Notes: a model not told the origin generated them from the letters alone. Counted from the stretch's first letter, positions 1 through 9,024 are shown. The stretch: DNA of 64,000 nt from an uncultured Spirochaetota bacterium (GCA_963734545.1 CAVTHO010000005.1:686633-750632), one strand, 5' to 3'. Numbers and translations: made by a program.

Positions 1-625
1 CGGGGGTGATGGCATCGTAGTACACGATCTGCACCTTGCCCGCGTCCACCATCGGCTTCAGCGCGTCGCGCGCGTTTTCCGCCAGACCTTTTCCGAACGC
101 GGTGTTGTCGTGCATGATCGCGATCCGCTTGGCGCCGAACTTCTGCGGGACGAAGCCTGGGCAAAGAACTTGCCCCTGGTTGTCGTCCCGACCGCACGTG
201 CGGAAGAAGTACTTCAGGCCATGCTCGGTGAGCCGCACCGCCGTGGAGCCGTAGGCGATGTTCACCATCTTGCCCTTCTCGTAGATGTTCGAAGCCGGCT
301 CGCTGATGGAGGAGCCGTACGTGGAAACCGAGGCCACGACGCCCTTGCGGCCCACGATCTTCGTGGCGGCCAGGGCGCCCGTCCGGGGCTGGCCGGCGTC
401 GTCTTCCACGACGATCTGGATCTGCCGCCCGCCCAGGATCCCGCCTTTCTGGTTGATCAGCGCGGCCGCGATCTCGCAGGACTGCTTGGCCATCTGCCCC
501 TCATAGGCCCAGGGTCCCGTGATGGGGCCCTGCAGGCCGATCAGGATCGGGCCCTTGTCAGCGGCGAACCCCGCCAGGGCGCTCATCAGGATGAGAAGAA
601 TCGACACGAGTGCCATTCGCTTCAT
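1..625 (-). CDS. Branched-chain amino acid ABC transporter substrate-binding protein (LivK/LivJ-like); 3' end runs off the window
   Basis: Not in the ORF track. Manual translation from ATG 625 (RBS AGGAGG upstream): MKRMALVSILLILMSALAGFAADKGPILIGLQGPITGPWAYEGQMAKQSCEIAAALINQKGGILGGRQIQIVVEDD, i.e. signal peptide plus the typical PBP1 Liv N-terminus. Confidence 0.85.
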   Translation of the reverse strand, partial: MKRMALVSILLILMSALAGFAADKGPILIGLQGPITGPWAYEGQMAKQSCEIAAALINQKGGILGGRQIQIVVEDDAGQPRTGALAATKIVGRKGVVASVSTYGSSISEPASNIYEKGKMVNIAYGSTAVRLTEHGLKYFFRTCGRDDNQGQVLCPGFVPQKFGAKRIAIMHDNTAFGKGLAENARDALKPMVDAGKVQIVYYDAITP

Positions 626-666
626 TCGTTTCCTCCTCTTTGAGACTTTCGCTGAGATGATAGATC

Positions 667-696
667 GTTATATTCGCGCGGCAAGCCCGGTGTCAA
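667..696 (-). promoter_or_regulatory. Sigma70-type promoter for the liv binding-protein gene
   Basis: TTGACA-N18-TATAAC on the minus strand, about 40 nt upstream of ATG 625. Confidence 0.6.
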
Positions 697-706
697 GAAA
701 GAAAGC

Positions 707-806
707 GCGCCGCCGTAGTCGGCGGATTCAGGGCGCCGCCGTAGTCGGCGGATTCAGGGCGCCGCCGTAGTCGGCGGATTCGGGCGCCGCCGTAGTCGGC
801 GGATTC
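707..806. repeat. Four tandem copies of a 25-26 bp palindromic GTAG-containing unit (REP-like)
   Basis: Unit GCGCCGCCGTAGTCGGCGGATTCAGG; GTAGTC at 715, 741, 767, 792; internal inverted repeat CCGCCG-TAGT-CGGCGG. Confidence 0.9.
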
Positions 807-833
807 TAGTCGCGGAGCTACTCTGGGGAGCAT

Positions 834-1631
834 ATGAGCGAGCAGCGAATGCCGTGGAATACCACGGCCGCCATGGATGTGAGGATCGTGCTGGTGAGAC
901 CGCGGGATCCCCGGAATGTCGGGGCGGCGTGCCGGGCAATGAAGTGCATGGGATTCACCTCCCTGGCAATCGTCATGGATGAGCCGATCGATCCGAGGCA
1001 GGCGCGGACCGTGTCGCATTACGCCTCGGACGTGCTGGAGGGCGCCCTGATCTGCACCGACCCCCGGGACGTCATCCAGGACGCGGTGCTCGTGGCCGGG
1101 ACGACGCGCCGGCGGGGAAGGAGCAGGAAGTATTTCACCCTCTTTCCTGAACAGCTGGGCCGGCGTGTCGCCTCTATAGGGAAGGGAACCGTGGCCGTGC
1201 TGTTCGGAAACGAGGAAACGGGACTGACCGATGACGAGCTCGCCCTGTGCCACGTGGCGGTCACCATTCCCGCCTCTCCGGACTTTCCCTCGCTCAATCT
1301 CTCCCATGCCGTGCAGGTGATCTGCTACGAGATCTTCCGCGCGCAGAGCGCCGACCACCTGACGCCGTTTTCCCCGATAAGCGCCCAGGCAGTGGACGAT
1401 CTGGTGTCGGTGGTCACCGGGTCTCTCTCGAAGATCGGATTTTTCACGATTGTGGGACCGGAACAGATGGGTATCTTCTTCAAGGACATCCTGGGACGGG
1501 CGAGTCTCTCCGTGAGCGAGGCACGACGGCTGGGAGTCGTCTTCCGCAAGATCGCCGGGCTCGCGACGAAGAAGCAGCACGCCCCGCGCGCGCCGGCGAG
1601 GGGAATTGACCCGGGAGCGGATCCTCCATAG
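834..1631 (+). CDS. trmJ: SPOUT RNA methyltransferase, TrmJ/LasT family
   Basis: Motifs VLVRPRDPRNVGAACRAMK, LFGNEETGLTDDEL, SLNLSHAVQVICYE. Confidence 0.85.
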   Translation: MSEQRMPWNTTAAMDVRIVLVRPRDPRNVGAACRAMKCMGFTSLAIVMDEPIDPRQARTVSHYASDVLEGALICTDPRDVIQDAVLVAGTTRRRGRSRKYFTLFPEQLGRRVASIGKGTVAVLFGNEETGLTDDELALCHVAVTIPASPDFPSLNLSHAVQVICYEIFRAQSADHLTPFSPISAQAVDDLVSVVTGSLSKIGFFTIVGPEQMGIFFKDILGRASLSVSEARRLGVVFRKIAGLATKKQHAPRAPARGIDPGADPP

Positions 1632-1653
1632 TATGGGCGCAAGGAGTCGTTCG

Positions 1654-2136
1654 ATGCGCAGATCTGTTCCGCTCCTGGCGTGCGTGATCCTCCTTCTGGG
1701 CGCCGTCGTTCTCCCCGCCCTTTCACGAGGGGACTTCGACAGGGTCGTGGACTTCTCCGTCACTTTGAAGACGCTCGCCGCGGCCGCGGACGGGAAGGCG
1801 CCCCTCCCCACCGGCAGGATGCTGCTGCTCTCCGGCACCGTCTCCGACGTCAACATTCTCAACAAGGACGAACAGGGCTTCAAAGTCAGGATCGAGCTGA
1901 TCACCGGCGAGTGGATCGGTCTCGAAGACGTGAAGGCGTATGCGTGCTATGTCGAGTTCAGCGGCCGCGAGTTCTTCAAGGTCTTCCCCGCGCGGGCGCC
2001 GCGCACGGCCACTCCGGATGTGATCACACTCAACTCGCGGGTCGTCGTCGTCTGCAGCGCGCTGGATATCGTGAATACCCCCCAGGGGGAGAAGCACGTG
2101 CGCGCCGCGGGCGCCTACATCAGGGCCATCGAGTAG
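1654..2136 (+). CDS. Hypothetical exported protein
   Basis: Signal-peptide-like N-terminus MRRSVPLLACVILLLGAVVLPA; GC3-biased codons; follows trmJ directly. Confidence 0.7.
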   Translation: MRRSVPLLACVILLLGAVVLPALSRGDFDRVVDFSVTLKTLAAAADGKAPLPTGRMLLLSGTVSDVNILNKDEQGFKVRIELITGEWIGLEDVKAYACYVEFSGREFFKVFPARAPRTATPDVITLNSRVVVVCSALDIVNTPQGEKHVRAAGAYIRAIE

Positions 2137-2144
2137 ACCGCCCC

Positions 2145-2160
2145 GCGGCCCCGGGGCCGC
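2145..2160. terminator. GC palindrome between convergent genes, possible bidirectional terminator
   Basis: Perfect 16-bp palindrome GCGGCCCCGGGGCCGC in the 33-bp gap; no U-tract. Confidence 0.4.
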
Positions 2161-2169
2161 CCCTGCCGT

Positions 2170-3297
2170 TCAGTCGAACGTCACGTCGCGCGCGCCGATT
2201 GTTCCCGTGTCCGCTGACAGCGCCGCCCTTTCCATCACGTTGCGAAGCTCGCGTATATTGCCCGGCCAGTCATGCGCGCAGAGTTTCTCCCGCGCTTCCA
2301 CGGCAATGGCACCCGGTCTCTTCAGCAGCGAAAGAAAGTGCGCCGCGAGGATCGGGATGTCCTCCCTTCGCTCCCGCAGCGGGGGGACCCTGATGGGCAG
2401 GACGCCGAGCCGGTAAAAAAGGTCGGCGCGGAACCCGCCCTCTCCCGCGTGCCCCTTGAGCTCCCTGTTCGTCGCCGACACGACACGCACGTCCAGGGGG
2501 ATTGCGCGGCTGCCGCCTACCCGTGTCAGCTCCTTCTGTTCGATGATCCGGAGAAGCCGGGTCTGCGCGGCCGGGGACATCTCTCCGATCTCGTCGAGAA
2601 AAAGCGTGCCGCCGTTGGCCTGCTCGAAGCTGCCCGGGCGGCATACCGCATCGGTGAATGCGCCCTTCTCCGCGCCGAACAGCTCGGTCTCCAGGAGCGT
2701 TTCGGGAAGCGCGCCGCAGTTGAGGGCGACGCAGGGTCCGCCCCGTCTGCGAGAGGTCTCGTGGATGGACCTGGCCACGAGCTCCTTGCCCGTGCCGCTT
2801 TCACCCAGGATGAGAACCGGAGAATCCGACGGCGCATAGCGAAGGATGAGCTGCTTCACCTCGCGTATGCACGCGCTCTCCCCGATGAGCGACTCCAGAA
2901 GCGCCTGGCCGGCGGCGGACGCCGCTGCCCGGCGCGCATCCGCCCCGCTCACGACGGTGCGGAGCGTGCCCAGGAGCTCCTTCAGCTCGTAGGGCTTGAC
3001 GATGTAGTCGCATGCGCCCGCCAGTATCGCCTCCTTCACCAGCCGGGGGTCTGTCAGCGCGGTCAGCATCACGACGGGCGGCGGCAGGGGCCGGGCCACG
3101 ATTGCCTTGAGCGCCGCGATGCCGTCCAGATCGGGGAGGTTGATATCAAGGAGAACGACATCCGCTGATTCATGCGCGGCGGCCTCGATTCCCTGCCGGG
3201 CCGTGTATGCCGAGATCAGCACATAGGGCTCGGGGAGCACCATGTCGAGCGTCCGGTGCGCCTGGGGATCATCGTCGATGAAGAGGACTTTTACCAT
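2170..3297 (-). CDS. Sigma54-dependent response regulator (REC + AAA+) lacking the C-terminal HTH
   Basis: VLFIDDD and LLDINLPDLDG receiver domain; GESGTGKE Walker A; GAFTDA loop; LFLDEIGE; WPGNIRELRN; protein ends about 20 aa later. Confidence 0.9.
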   Translation of the reverse strand: MVKVLFIDDDPQAHRTLDMVLPEPYVLISAYTARQGIEAAAHESADVVLLDINLPDLDGIAALKAIVARPLPPPVVMLTALTDPRLVKEAILAGACDYIVKPYELKELLGTLRTVVSGADARRAAASAAGQALLESLIGESACIREVKQLILRYAPSDSPVLILGESGTGKELVARSIHETSRRRGGPCVALNCGALPETLLETELFGAEKGAFTDAVCRPGSFEQANGGTLFLDEIGEMSPAAQTRLLRIIEQKELTRVGGSRAIPLDVRVVSATNRELKGHAGEGGFRADLFYRLGVLPIRVPPLRERREDIPILAAHFLSLLKRPGAIAVEAREKLCAHDWPGNIRELRNVMERAALSADTGTIGARDVTFD

Positions 3298-3425
3298 TTC
3301 AGATCAACTTTCTCGCTGGCGGCAATGTACAGGAGCAGGAGGGAATCTGCAAGATCAGGTTCACACGCTCGTGATCGAGGTGTGCGCGGGCGTCATGGTG
3401 GTGTTGTATTGCGGGAAGGCTGCCC

Positions 3426-5693
3426 TTGAATATCAAACGATGGCTTGCGCTGACGCTCGTGAGTGTGTGCGGAGTGACGTGTGGACCGGCTGGCCCCACT
3501 GTCATCCGCGCTGAAAGAGTTTTCACCGGCCACGAGTTTATCGAAGATGTGACAATCCTCATCGAGGGCGGTCTGATCAGGGAGGTGGTGCCGACTGCAG
3601 AGTTCACACCGGTCGAGGGCAGCCAGGTCCTGGACGCGGCAGGAATGACGGTCGTTCCCGGCTTCATCGATTCACACGTGCACATCCTCGGCCAGCCCCT
3701 CGAGGTGCTCAGGAATATCGCGCAATACGGATGGGGCAGGGTGGCGGAGGAAGCGATCTCCCAGGTCCCGGGCAACCGCGAAGGGTATCTCCAAAGCGGG
3801 ATCACTTCGGTGATCGACATGGGCTCCACGCTCGCCGGCATGCTGCGCCTGGAGGAAGGACTTGAAACCGGGAGCCTGGTCGGCCCTGATCTCTATTTCA
3901 GCGGGCCTCTCTTCACAGCGCCGAACGGCCACCCGGCAGGCACGATCTACCGCGGCCAGCACGACCTGATAGATAACGCAACCGTGCAGGTTGCGGCGTC
4001 CGACCCGGCAGCGAAGAAGGTTGTCGAGTTGGCGGACCGGGGCGTGGATTTCATCAAGCTCGTCTATGACGACGGGACCTTCTACGCGGGCAGAGTCCCC
4101 CGTCTTGACCGCAGCATCGCGCGCGGGATCGCGGACCAGGCGCATTCACGCGGACTGCCGGTGATCGCTCACGTGGGCGGCCGCGAATCGGAGTTCGCCG
4201 ACATGCTGGAGTGCGGAGTGAACGGCGTGGAGCACTGCTTCGCGTACAGCGGATCGGACACGGTGCTGCACGACATGGCGGCGCGCGGCGTTGTCTTCAC
4301 GCCCACCCTGTCGATCTACGAAATCTACGCGAAGCAGACGATGCCCCGGATGCGGGAGAGCGTGGCAAAGGCCCGGGAGAACGGAGTACCGATAGCGGCG
4401 GGAACCGATTTCCCCTCTTCCCGCTTTACAACGGCCGGGCCGGGATTCTACCGGGAGCTTGCGCTCCTCGAGGAGGCCGGCTTGTCGCGGGTCGAGGTGC
4501 TCGAAGCGGCCACCGTGAACGGCGCGCGCAAGATCGGAAAGACGGCCGAGACGGGCAGCATCGCAGCGGGCCGGTTGGCCAACCTTGTTTTCTTCCGCGG
4601 GGACCTTCGGGAGGGCGCGATCAGCAGGGAACGCGTTCAGGCAGTGATGCTCCGAGGGAAAATGATGATCGAGGAGGGGACCCTGACGGTGGAAAGCCGC
4701 AAAGGCCTGACCCGGCAGCCCCTCATGGTGTTCCCGTTCGGGTTCTACGAAACGGTCTCCGGTTTTTCCATGGGCGGCAGTCTCCTCGACTTCGACGTGC
4801 TGGGCTCGGGTGTCGCCCTCGGCCTCACCGCCACGTACAGCTTTTCCAACGCATTCGCAGCGGAGATCACCGCATCCACGCCGAGCCCGATACCGCAGAC
4901 GTCCCTCGACTTCCGGCTGGGCTATGACGGCTACCCGAAACGCTTTTTCGGCATGGACAATTCCACGACGCGCGGGGCCGCGGTCACCTATGCATGGTCG
5001 GATTTCCAGGCGGCTGTCGCGTCAGCCACGACCCTTCTGCCTGCACTCAAGCTGAATACGGCATTCTCCCTGGATGCCGCAACGATCGGCGATTACAAGG
5101 GACAGGTCCTGCCGAGCATGACGGGAAGCTCCGCAGGAATCATGACGCTCGCGCGGGTGGAGATCGCTCACGACGCAAGGGATCTCGCGGCCGCGCCATG
5201 GTACGGGGACTACGAGGCCGTTGCCGGGGGTCTTTCGGCGCCCTTTCTCGGAAGCGCCTATACTTTCTCTACCGTTGATCTCGACCTCCGGTTTTTTTTC
5301 AGCATCTTCCCCCATCACGTCATCGCTGCCCGGCTGCTCTTCAAGCAATGCTTGGGAGATGCTCCCTTTTACGCCCGGCCCGACTTCGGCGGCTTTTCAC
5401 TCGGTCGGGGTTTCCAACCGGACCGTTTCATCGGCAAGCTCGGCGCCTACGGTCAGCTGGAGTATCGCTTCCCCATATGGTCCCTCATCGGCGGGGACCT
5501 CTTCCTGGACGCGGGTCAGGTCCGGGATGATTATCAACGCTTCACACTTGCGGGCTTCCACCTGTGCGGCGGCGCCGGGCTTCGGTTCACATTCTCCGAG
5601 CGCTCGATCCTGTGCGTGGACGCGGGGTTCAACGGCGAGCCGCTCTCGTCGGAGGGGTTCACCATCATCGTGCGCACGAGTCACGCGTTTTAG
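3426..5693 (+). CDS. Exported amidohydrolase fused to a C-terminal Omp85/BamA-type beta-barrel
   Basis: PGFIDSHVH, DFIKL, VIAHVG, GVEHC, AGTDFP amidohydrolase metal ligands; C-terminus with GRGFQPDRFIG, QLEYRFPIW, LFLDAGQV, GAGLRF and a terminal Phe; TTG start is uncertain. Confidence 0.8.
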   Translation: MNIKRWLALTLVSVCGVTCGPAGPTVIRAERVFTGHEFIEDVTILIEGGLIREVVPTAEFTPVEGSQVLDAAGMTVVPGFIDSHVHILGQPLEVLRNIAQYGWGRVAEEAISQVPGNREGYLQSGITSVIDMGSTLAGMLRLEEGLETGSLVGPDLYFSGPLFTAPNGHPAGTIYRGQHDLIDNATVQVAASDPAAKKVVELADRGVDFIKLVYDDGTFYAGRVPRLDRSIARGIADQAHSRGLPVIAHVGGRESEFADMLECGVNGVEHCFAYSGSDTVLHDMAARGVVFTPTLSIYEIYAKQTMPRMRESVAKARENGVPIAAGTDFPSSRFTTAGPGFYRELALLEEAGLSRVEVLEAATVNGARKIGKTAETGSIAAGRLANLVFFRGDLREGAISRERVQAVMLRGKMMIEEGTLTVESRKGLTRQPLMVFPFGFYETVSGFSMGGSLLDFDVLGSGVALGLTATYSFSNAFAAEITASTPSPIPQTSLDFRLGYDGYPKRFFGMDNSTTRGAAVTYAWSDFQAAVASATTLLPALKLNTAFSLDAATIGDYKGQVLPSMTGSSAGIMTLARVEIAHDARDLAAAPWYGDYEAVAGGLSAPFLGSAYTFSTVDLDLRFFFSIFPHHVIAARLLFKQCLGDAPFYARPDFGGFSLGRGFQPDRFIGKLGAYGQLEYRFPIWSLIGGDLFLDAGQVRDDYQRFTLAGFHLCGGAGLRFTFSERSILCVDAGFNGEPLSSEGFTIIVRTSHAF

Positions 5694-5735
5694 GATCGCC
5701 ATGTATTCCGCGGCGGCGGAGTTTCCCGATCTCCC

Positions 5736-6482
5736 TCAGTGTCGATCGCGTGGTCCCCACCGCCATCGCCAGAGAGGCCGGGTGAAGTTCGGTCTGCCGG
5801 GACCATCCGCCCGCGCGGGGGCAGCCGCGACTGCGGTTCCCCCCTCGATCCAGACGTTGATGCTGCGCGCCACCTCGTCGTCAAGGGCGATGCTCGCCCC
5901 CTCGCATTCAATCACGTACGACGGGTACTCCTGGTGGAGCTTGACGACCCCGCCCGGGCGTATCTGCAGCGAGGTGAGCCGATGAAGCTGCTGGTCGCTT
6001 TTTGTGTACACGTATGCGACCCGGGCCGACTGCCCGATCTTCAGCTCTGTCAGGGGCACGATCAGCTTCTGCACGTAGCGCGCCGAAACCCGGCAGCATT
6101 CCCCCTCGGGGATGGGGAACCCATGCGGGCACTCACGGGGATGCCCGAGGAGCGTGCAGATCCCTTCCACGATTTCCGTGTTGAGAATGTGCTCGAACTC
6201 GCACGCGCCCGGCTCGAACTCCCTGCCCAGCACGTCATGGATGAGCCGCTCGCCTATTCTGTGGGCGCGGATGAGCCGCTCGGCGTGCGCGGAGCCTGCC
6301 TCGGTGAGTGAGATCTCGTCACCTGCCCGGACCACGAGACTGTCCCGCGCGAGCCCGGCAAGGTCCGCATCCCGATACCGGTCCGCAAGCTCTCCGCGCA
6401 GGGCCGGCACGGTGGAGCAGCCCCGCTCCCGAAGCTGCCAGAGGCGCTCGAGCATCTCGTCCCGATCGTTCGCGCCGTTCAC
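5736..6482 (-). CDS. DtxR/MntR-family metal-dependent regulator with C-terminal FeoA (SH3) domain
   Basis: GTG start overlaps the feoB stop (GTGA); RAHRIGERL, ACEFEHIL, HPRECPHGFPIP; FeoA-like PLTELKIGQSARV...LTSLQIRPG. Confidence 0.85.
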   Translation of the reverse strand: MNGANDRDEMLERLWQLRERGCSTVPALRGELADRYRDADLAGLARDSLVVRAGDEISLTEAGSAHAERLIRAHRIGERLIHDVLGREFEPGACEFEHILNTEIVEGICTLLGHPRECPHGFPIPEGECCRVSARYVQKLIVPLTELKIGQSARVAYVYTKSDQQLHRLTSLQIRPGGVVKLHQEYPSYVIECEGASIALDDEVARSINVWIEGGTAVAAAPARADGPGRPNFTRPLWRWRWGPRDRH

Positions 6483-8465
6483 AGGCCGAGCGCTCCCGCC
6501 GCAAGAACCAGGAACCCGTGCACCGCGCCGGTGAGGACAAAGGACATCAGGTAGATGCCGATCACGATGAGGACGGCGACCCGCGCGCCCAGCTCCTTGA
6601 ACACGGCCGCGATGTTGGCGAAGCACTGCGCAAACGTGACGAGGAGCACCACCGCCACGACGCTCTGCACGCCGTTGAGGATCCCATCCCGTGACATCCG
6701 GAGGATCAGGCCGGCCGCGGCCTCGCTGCGCGCCAGGGTGAGAAGCAGGGCATCCACCATGTCCAGGGGAAGCCCCAGCCAGCCGGTCATGAGCGGCTTC
6801 AGGGCCTGCTTCAGGAGCGCCAGGATCCCGAGCTTGTCGATGACGAACATGGCAAGCGCCGCGACCAGAAAGATGGGGATCGCTTCCCGCAGGAACCAGA
6901 GCAGCCGGTATCCTGTTTTTCTGGCGACCGCGGATATGCGCGGCATCCGGATGGGGGGAAGCTCCTGGATGAACTGGCTCCCCTTTTCTGCCGGGCAGGA
7001 TCCTGTTGAGCACGAGGCCGACACCGACCTCCGCCAGCACGAGGAACGCGAAGGCAACGGCGAAATACGAAAGCCCGTGCTGGCCGAGGATGGCAATGGC
7101 CAGACCCATCTGGGCGGAGCAGGGGATCGCGAAGGCGATGAGGGCGATGACGATGATCTTTTCCTTGCGGGACTGCAGGTTGCGCGCCGTCATCGTGGCC
7201 ATGGTCTTGCAGCCGAACCCGAGCACGAGAGGGACGACCGCGTTGCCGGTGATCCCGATCTTTTCTGACAACCGCCGGGTGAGGATGGCCAGATTGGGCA
7301 GGTACCCGATGTCCTCCAGGAGCCCGAACACGAAAAAGAAGACGGAAAGAATCGGGAGCACCGTGGTGAGTGAGTTGAAGAGACCGAGTGTGAGAAGCCC
7401 GTGGGGCCCGATGAGCAGGTCCTTCCACACGCCGGCGGGAAGAAGAGTACCCACCTCTCTCACCACGGGGTCAGAAAGCGCCGTTGTAAGGAACAGCGAG
7501 AGCGCGCCCGCGACCCCGACGACCATGAGGTAAACGACAACGAGGAAGAACCCGAGGATGGGCAATCCATACAGTGGGTGGCGGCACATGCGCGCGAAGG
7601 TCTCGGAAAAGCGCGGCTGCGGCGCCCTGGTGGAGGTCGAAACGGCCGCCGCCACCTCGTCCACCCAGCGGTTCCTGCGCGCGCTCAAGCTTATTCCCGC
7701 CTTGCCGGCAAAGCCCGACCTGATCCCCTCCAGCTCTGCTTCCCGGCCTTCGCGCACCGGGTTCCCGAACGAGCTCGAGAGGAAGTCACGGAATGAGGGA
7801 TCGTTTTCCAGGAGAAGGACCGCGGTCTCATGGGGGTGGGGACAGCGCGGCGAGAGCAGGCCGGCAACCCTGGCGATTGCCGCATCGAGGGAGCTGCCAT
7901 AGCGCAGCGGAAGCGGCGCGGAGACGGGCGCCAGGAGGATCCGGGCGAGCTCGGGGATACCTCTGCCGGGCGCGGGAGACTGCACCACGGGCACCCCCAG
8001 CAGGCGGGACAGCTTCTCCGCATCGAGAGACAGGCCCCTCTGCGCGCTCTCCCCCACGGCGGTAAGGACCAGGACGAGGGGAATGCCGAGACCCATCAGG
8101 TCCGCGGTCAGGAGCAGCGATTCCTTGAACCGATTGGCATCCACGCATTGGACGAGGACGTCCGGGGCCTCCTCGAAAATCAGGGAGCGCACCACCAGCT
8201 CCTCTTCCGATTGTATGTAAAGACCGTGCAGTCCCGGTGTGTCCGCCACCTCCCAGCATTCGTCCTGCTCGAAACAGACCTGTTTCGCCACTTCCACGGT
8301 GGTCGACGGATAATTGGAAACCAGCTTGTACGCGCCGGTGAGGCTGTTGAAAAGCTGGCTCTTGCCGCTGTTCGGCAGCCCGACAATGTCGATGCGCTTG
8401 GGCCGGAGGCTTGCCGCTTCCTGTGAGCCTGTTCCCGCGCCTGCAGTTTTACGAATGAGATTCAT
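6479..8465 (-). CDS. feoB: Ferrous iron transporter FeoB, one frameshift near 6993 (probable sequencing indel)
   Basis: GLPNSGKS, NYPSTT, DTPG GTPase motifs; LEDIGYL, LGFGC, IPCSAQ gate motifs; continues in another frame as FIQELPPIRMP to stop 6479. Confidence 0.9.
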
Positions 8466-8470
8466 TCTCA
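8456..8470. promoter_or_regulatory. Candidate Fur box overlapping the feoB start codon
   Basis: TGAGAAT-G-AATCTCA (minus strand), a 7-1-7 inverted repeat with 6/7 pairing, similar to TGATAATnATTATCA. Confidence 0.6.
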
Positions 8471-8504
8471 AATCATGAGCACGCCTATCCCTGCTTGCCA
8501 TTCG

Positions 8505-8933
8505 CTACTTCATCCTGCACGAAGCGCAGATGCCCCGTATCCCCAGTCGATGCTCGATGGGCTGGAAACCGTGCTTTCCGCACACCTTGTTTTGAAGCGT
8601 CTCCAGCTCGTCGTCCTTGAACTCGATGATCGTGCCGCAGACTATGCACTCGAGGTGGTCGTGGTGCTCGTGCCCCCACACGTGCTCATAGCGGGCGCGC
8701 CCCCGCGAGCGCAGCGTCTCCTTGATGATTCCGCTCTTTACGAACAAGGGGAGTGTCCGGTAGATCGTGGCCGTGGAGAGCTTCTCCCCTTTTTTCTTCA
8801 ACGAATCGAGCAGCTCGTCGGCGTCGAAGTGGCCCTCGGCCGCGATGATCCCCATGAGGATCGCGTTCCTCGCGGAGGTGAAGGTGAGACCATTCTCCTT
8901 CAGATAGCTGCGAAAGTGCTCCGCCTGGTCCAT
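8505..8933 (-). CDS. fur: Fur-family transcriptional regulator
   Basis: HFDADEL, STATIYRTL, HHDHLECIVCGTIIEF, C-terminal GICASC. Confidence 0.92.
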   Translation of the reverse strand: MDQAEHFRSYLKENGLTFTSARNAILMGIIAAEGHFDADELLDSLKKKGEKLSTATIYRTLPLFVKSGIIKETLRSRGRARYEHVWGHEHHDHLECIVCGTIIEFKDDELETLQNKVCGKHGFQPIEHRLGIRGICASCRMK

Positions 8934-8941
8934 TGTGTGAC

Positions 8942-8984
8942 TGATTTTCACTCTCATTCTATGCCCGGCACCGCCTACTGTCAA
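8942..8984 (-). promoter_or_regulatory. Sigma70 promoter of the fur-feoB-dtxR operon with an adjacent Fur-box-like site
   Basis: TTGACA(8984-8979)-N17-TAGAAT(8961-8956) running into TGAGAGTGAAAATCA (8956-8942). Confidence 0.65.
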
Positions 8985-9024
8985 GCCGCGCCCTGTTGTG
9001 ATATGCATCCCTCAGGGAGCCTTG

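Noticed and set aside
707-806. CRISPR array
   Set aside because: Repeats abut with no unique spacers, and there are no cas genes in the window
3396-3412. Sigma54 promoter for the amidohydrolase-Omp85 gene (TGGTGTTGTATTGC)
   Set aside because: GG-to-GC spacing is one base short of the strict -24/-12 requirement
5736-8501. 921-aa FeoB-DtxR fusion ORF
   Set aside because: Produced by the indel near 6993. The intervening frame is nonsense, the true FeoB C-terminus is in another frame, and DtxR has its own GTG start
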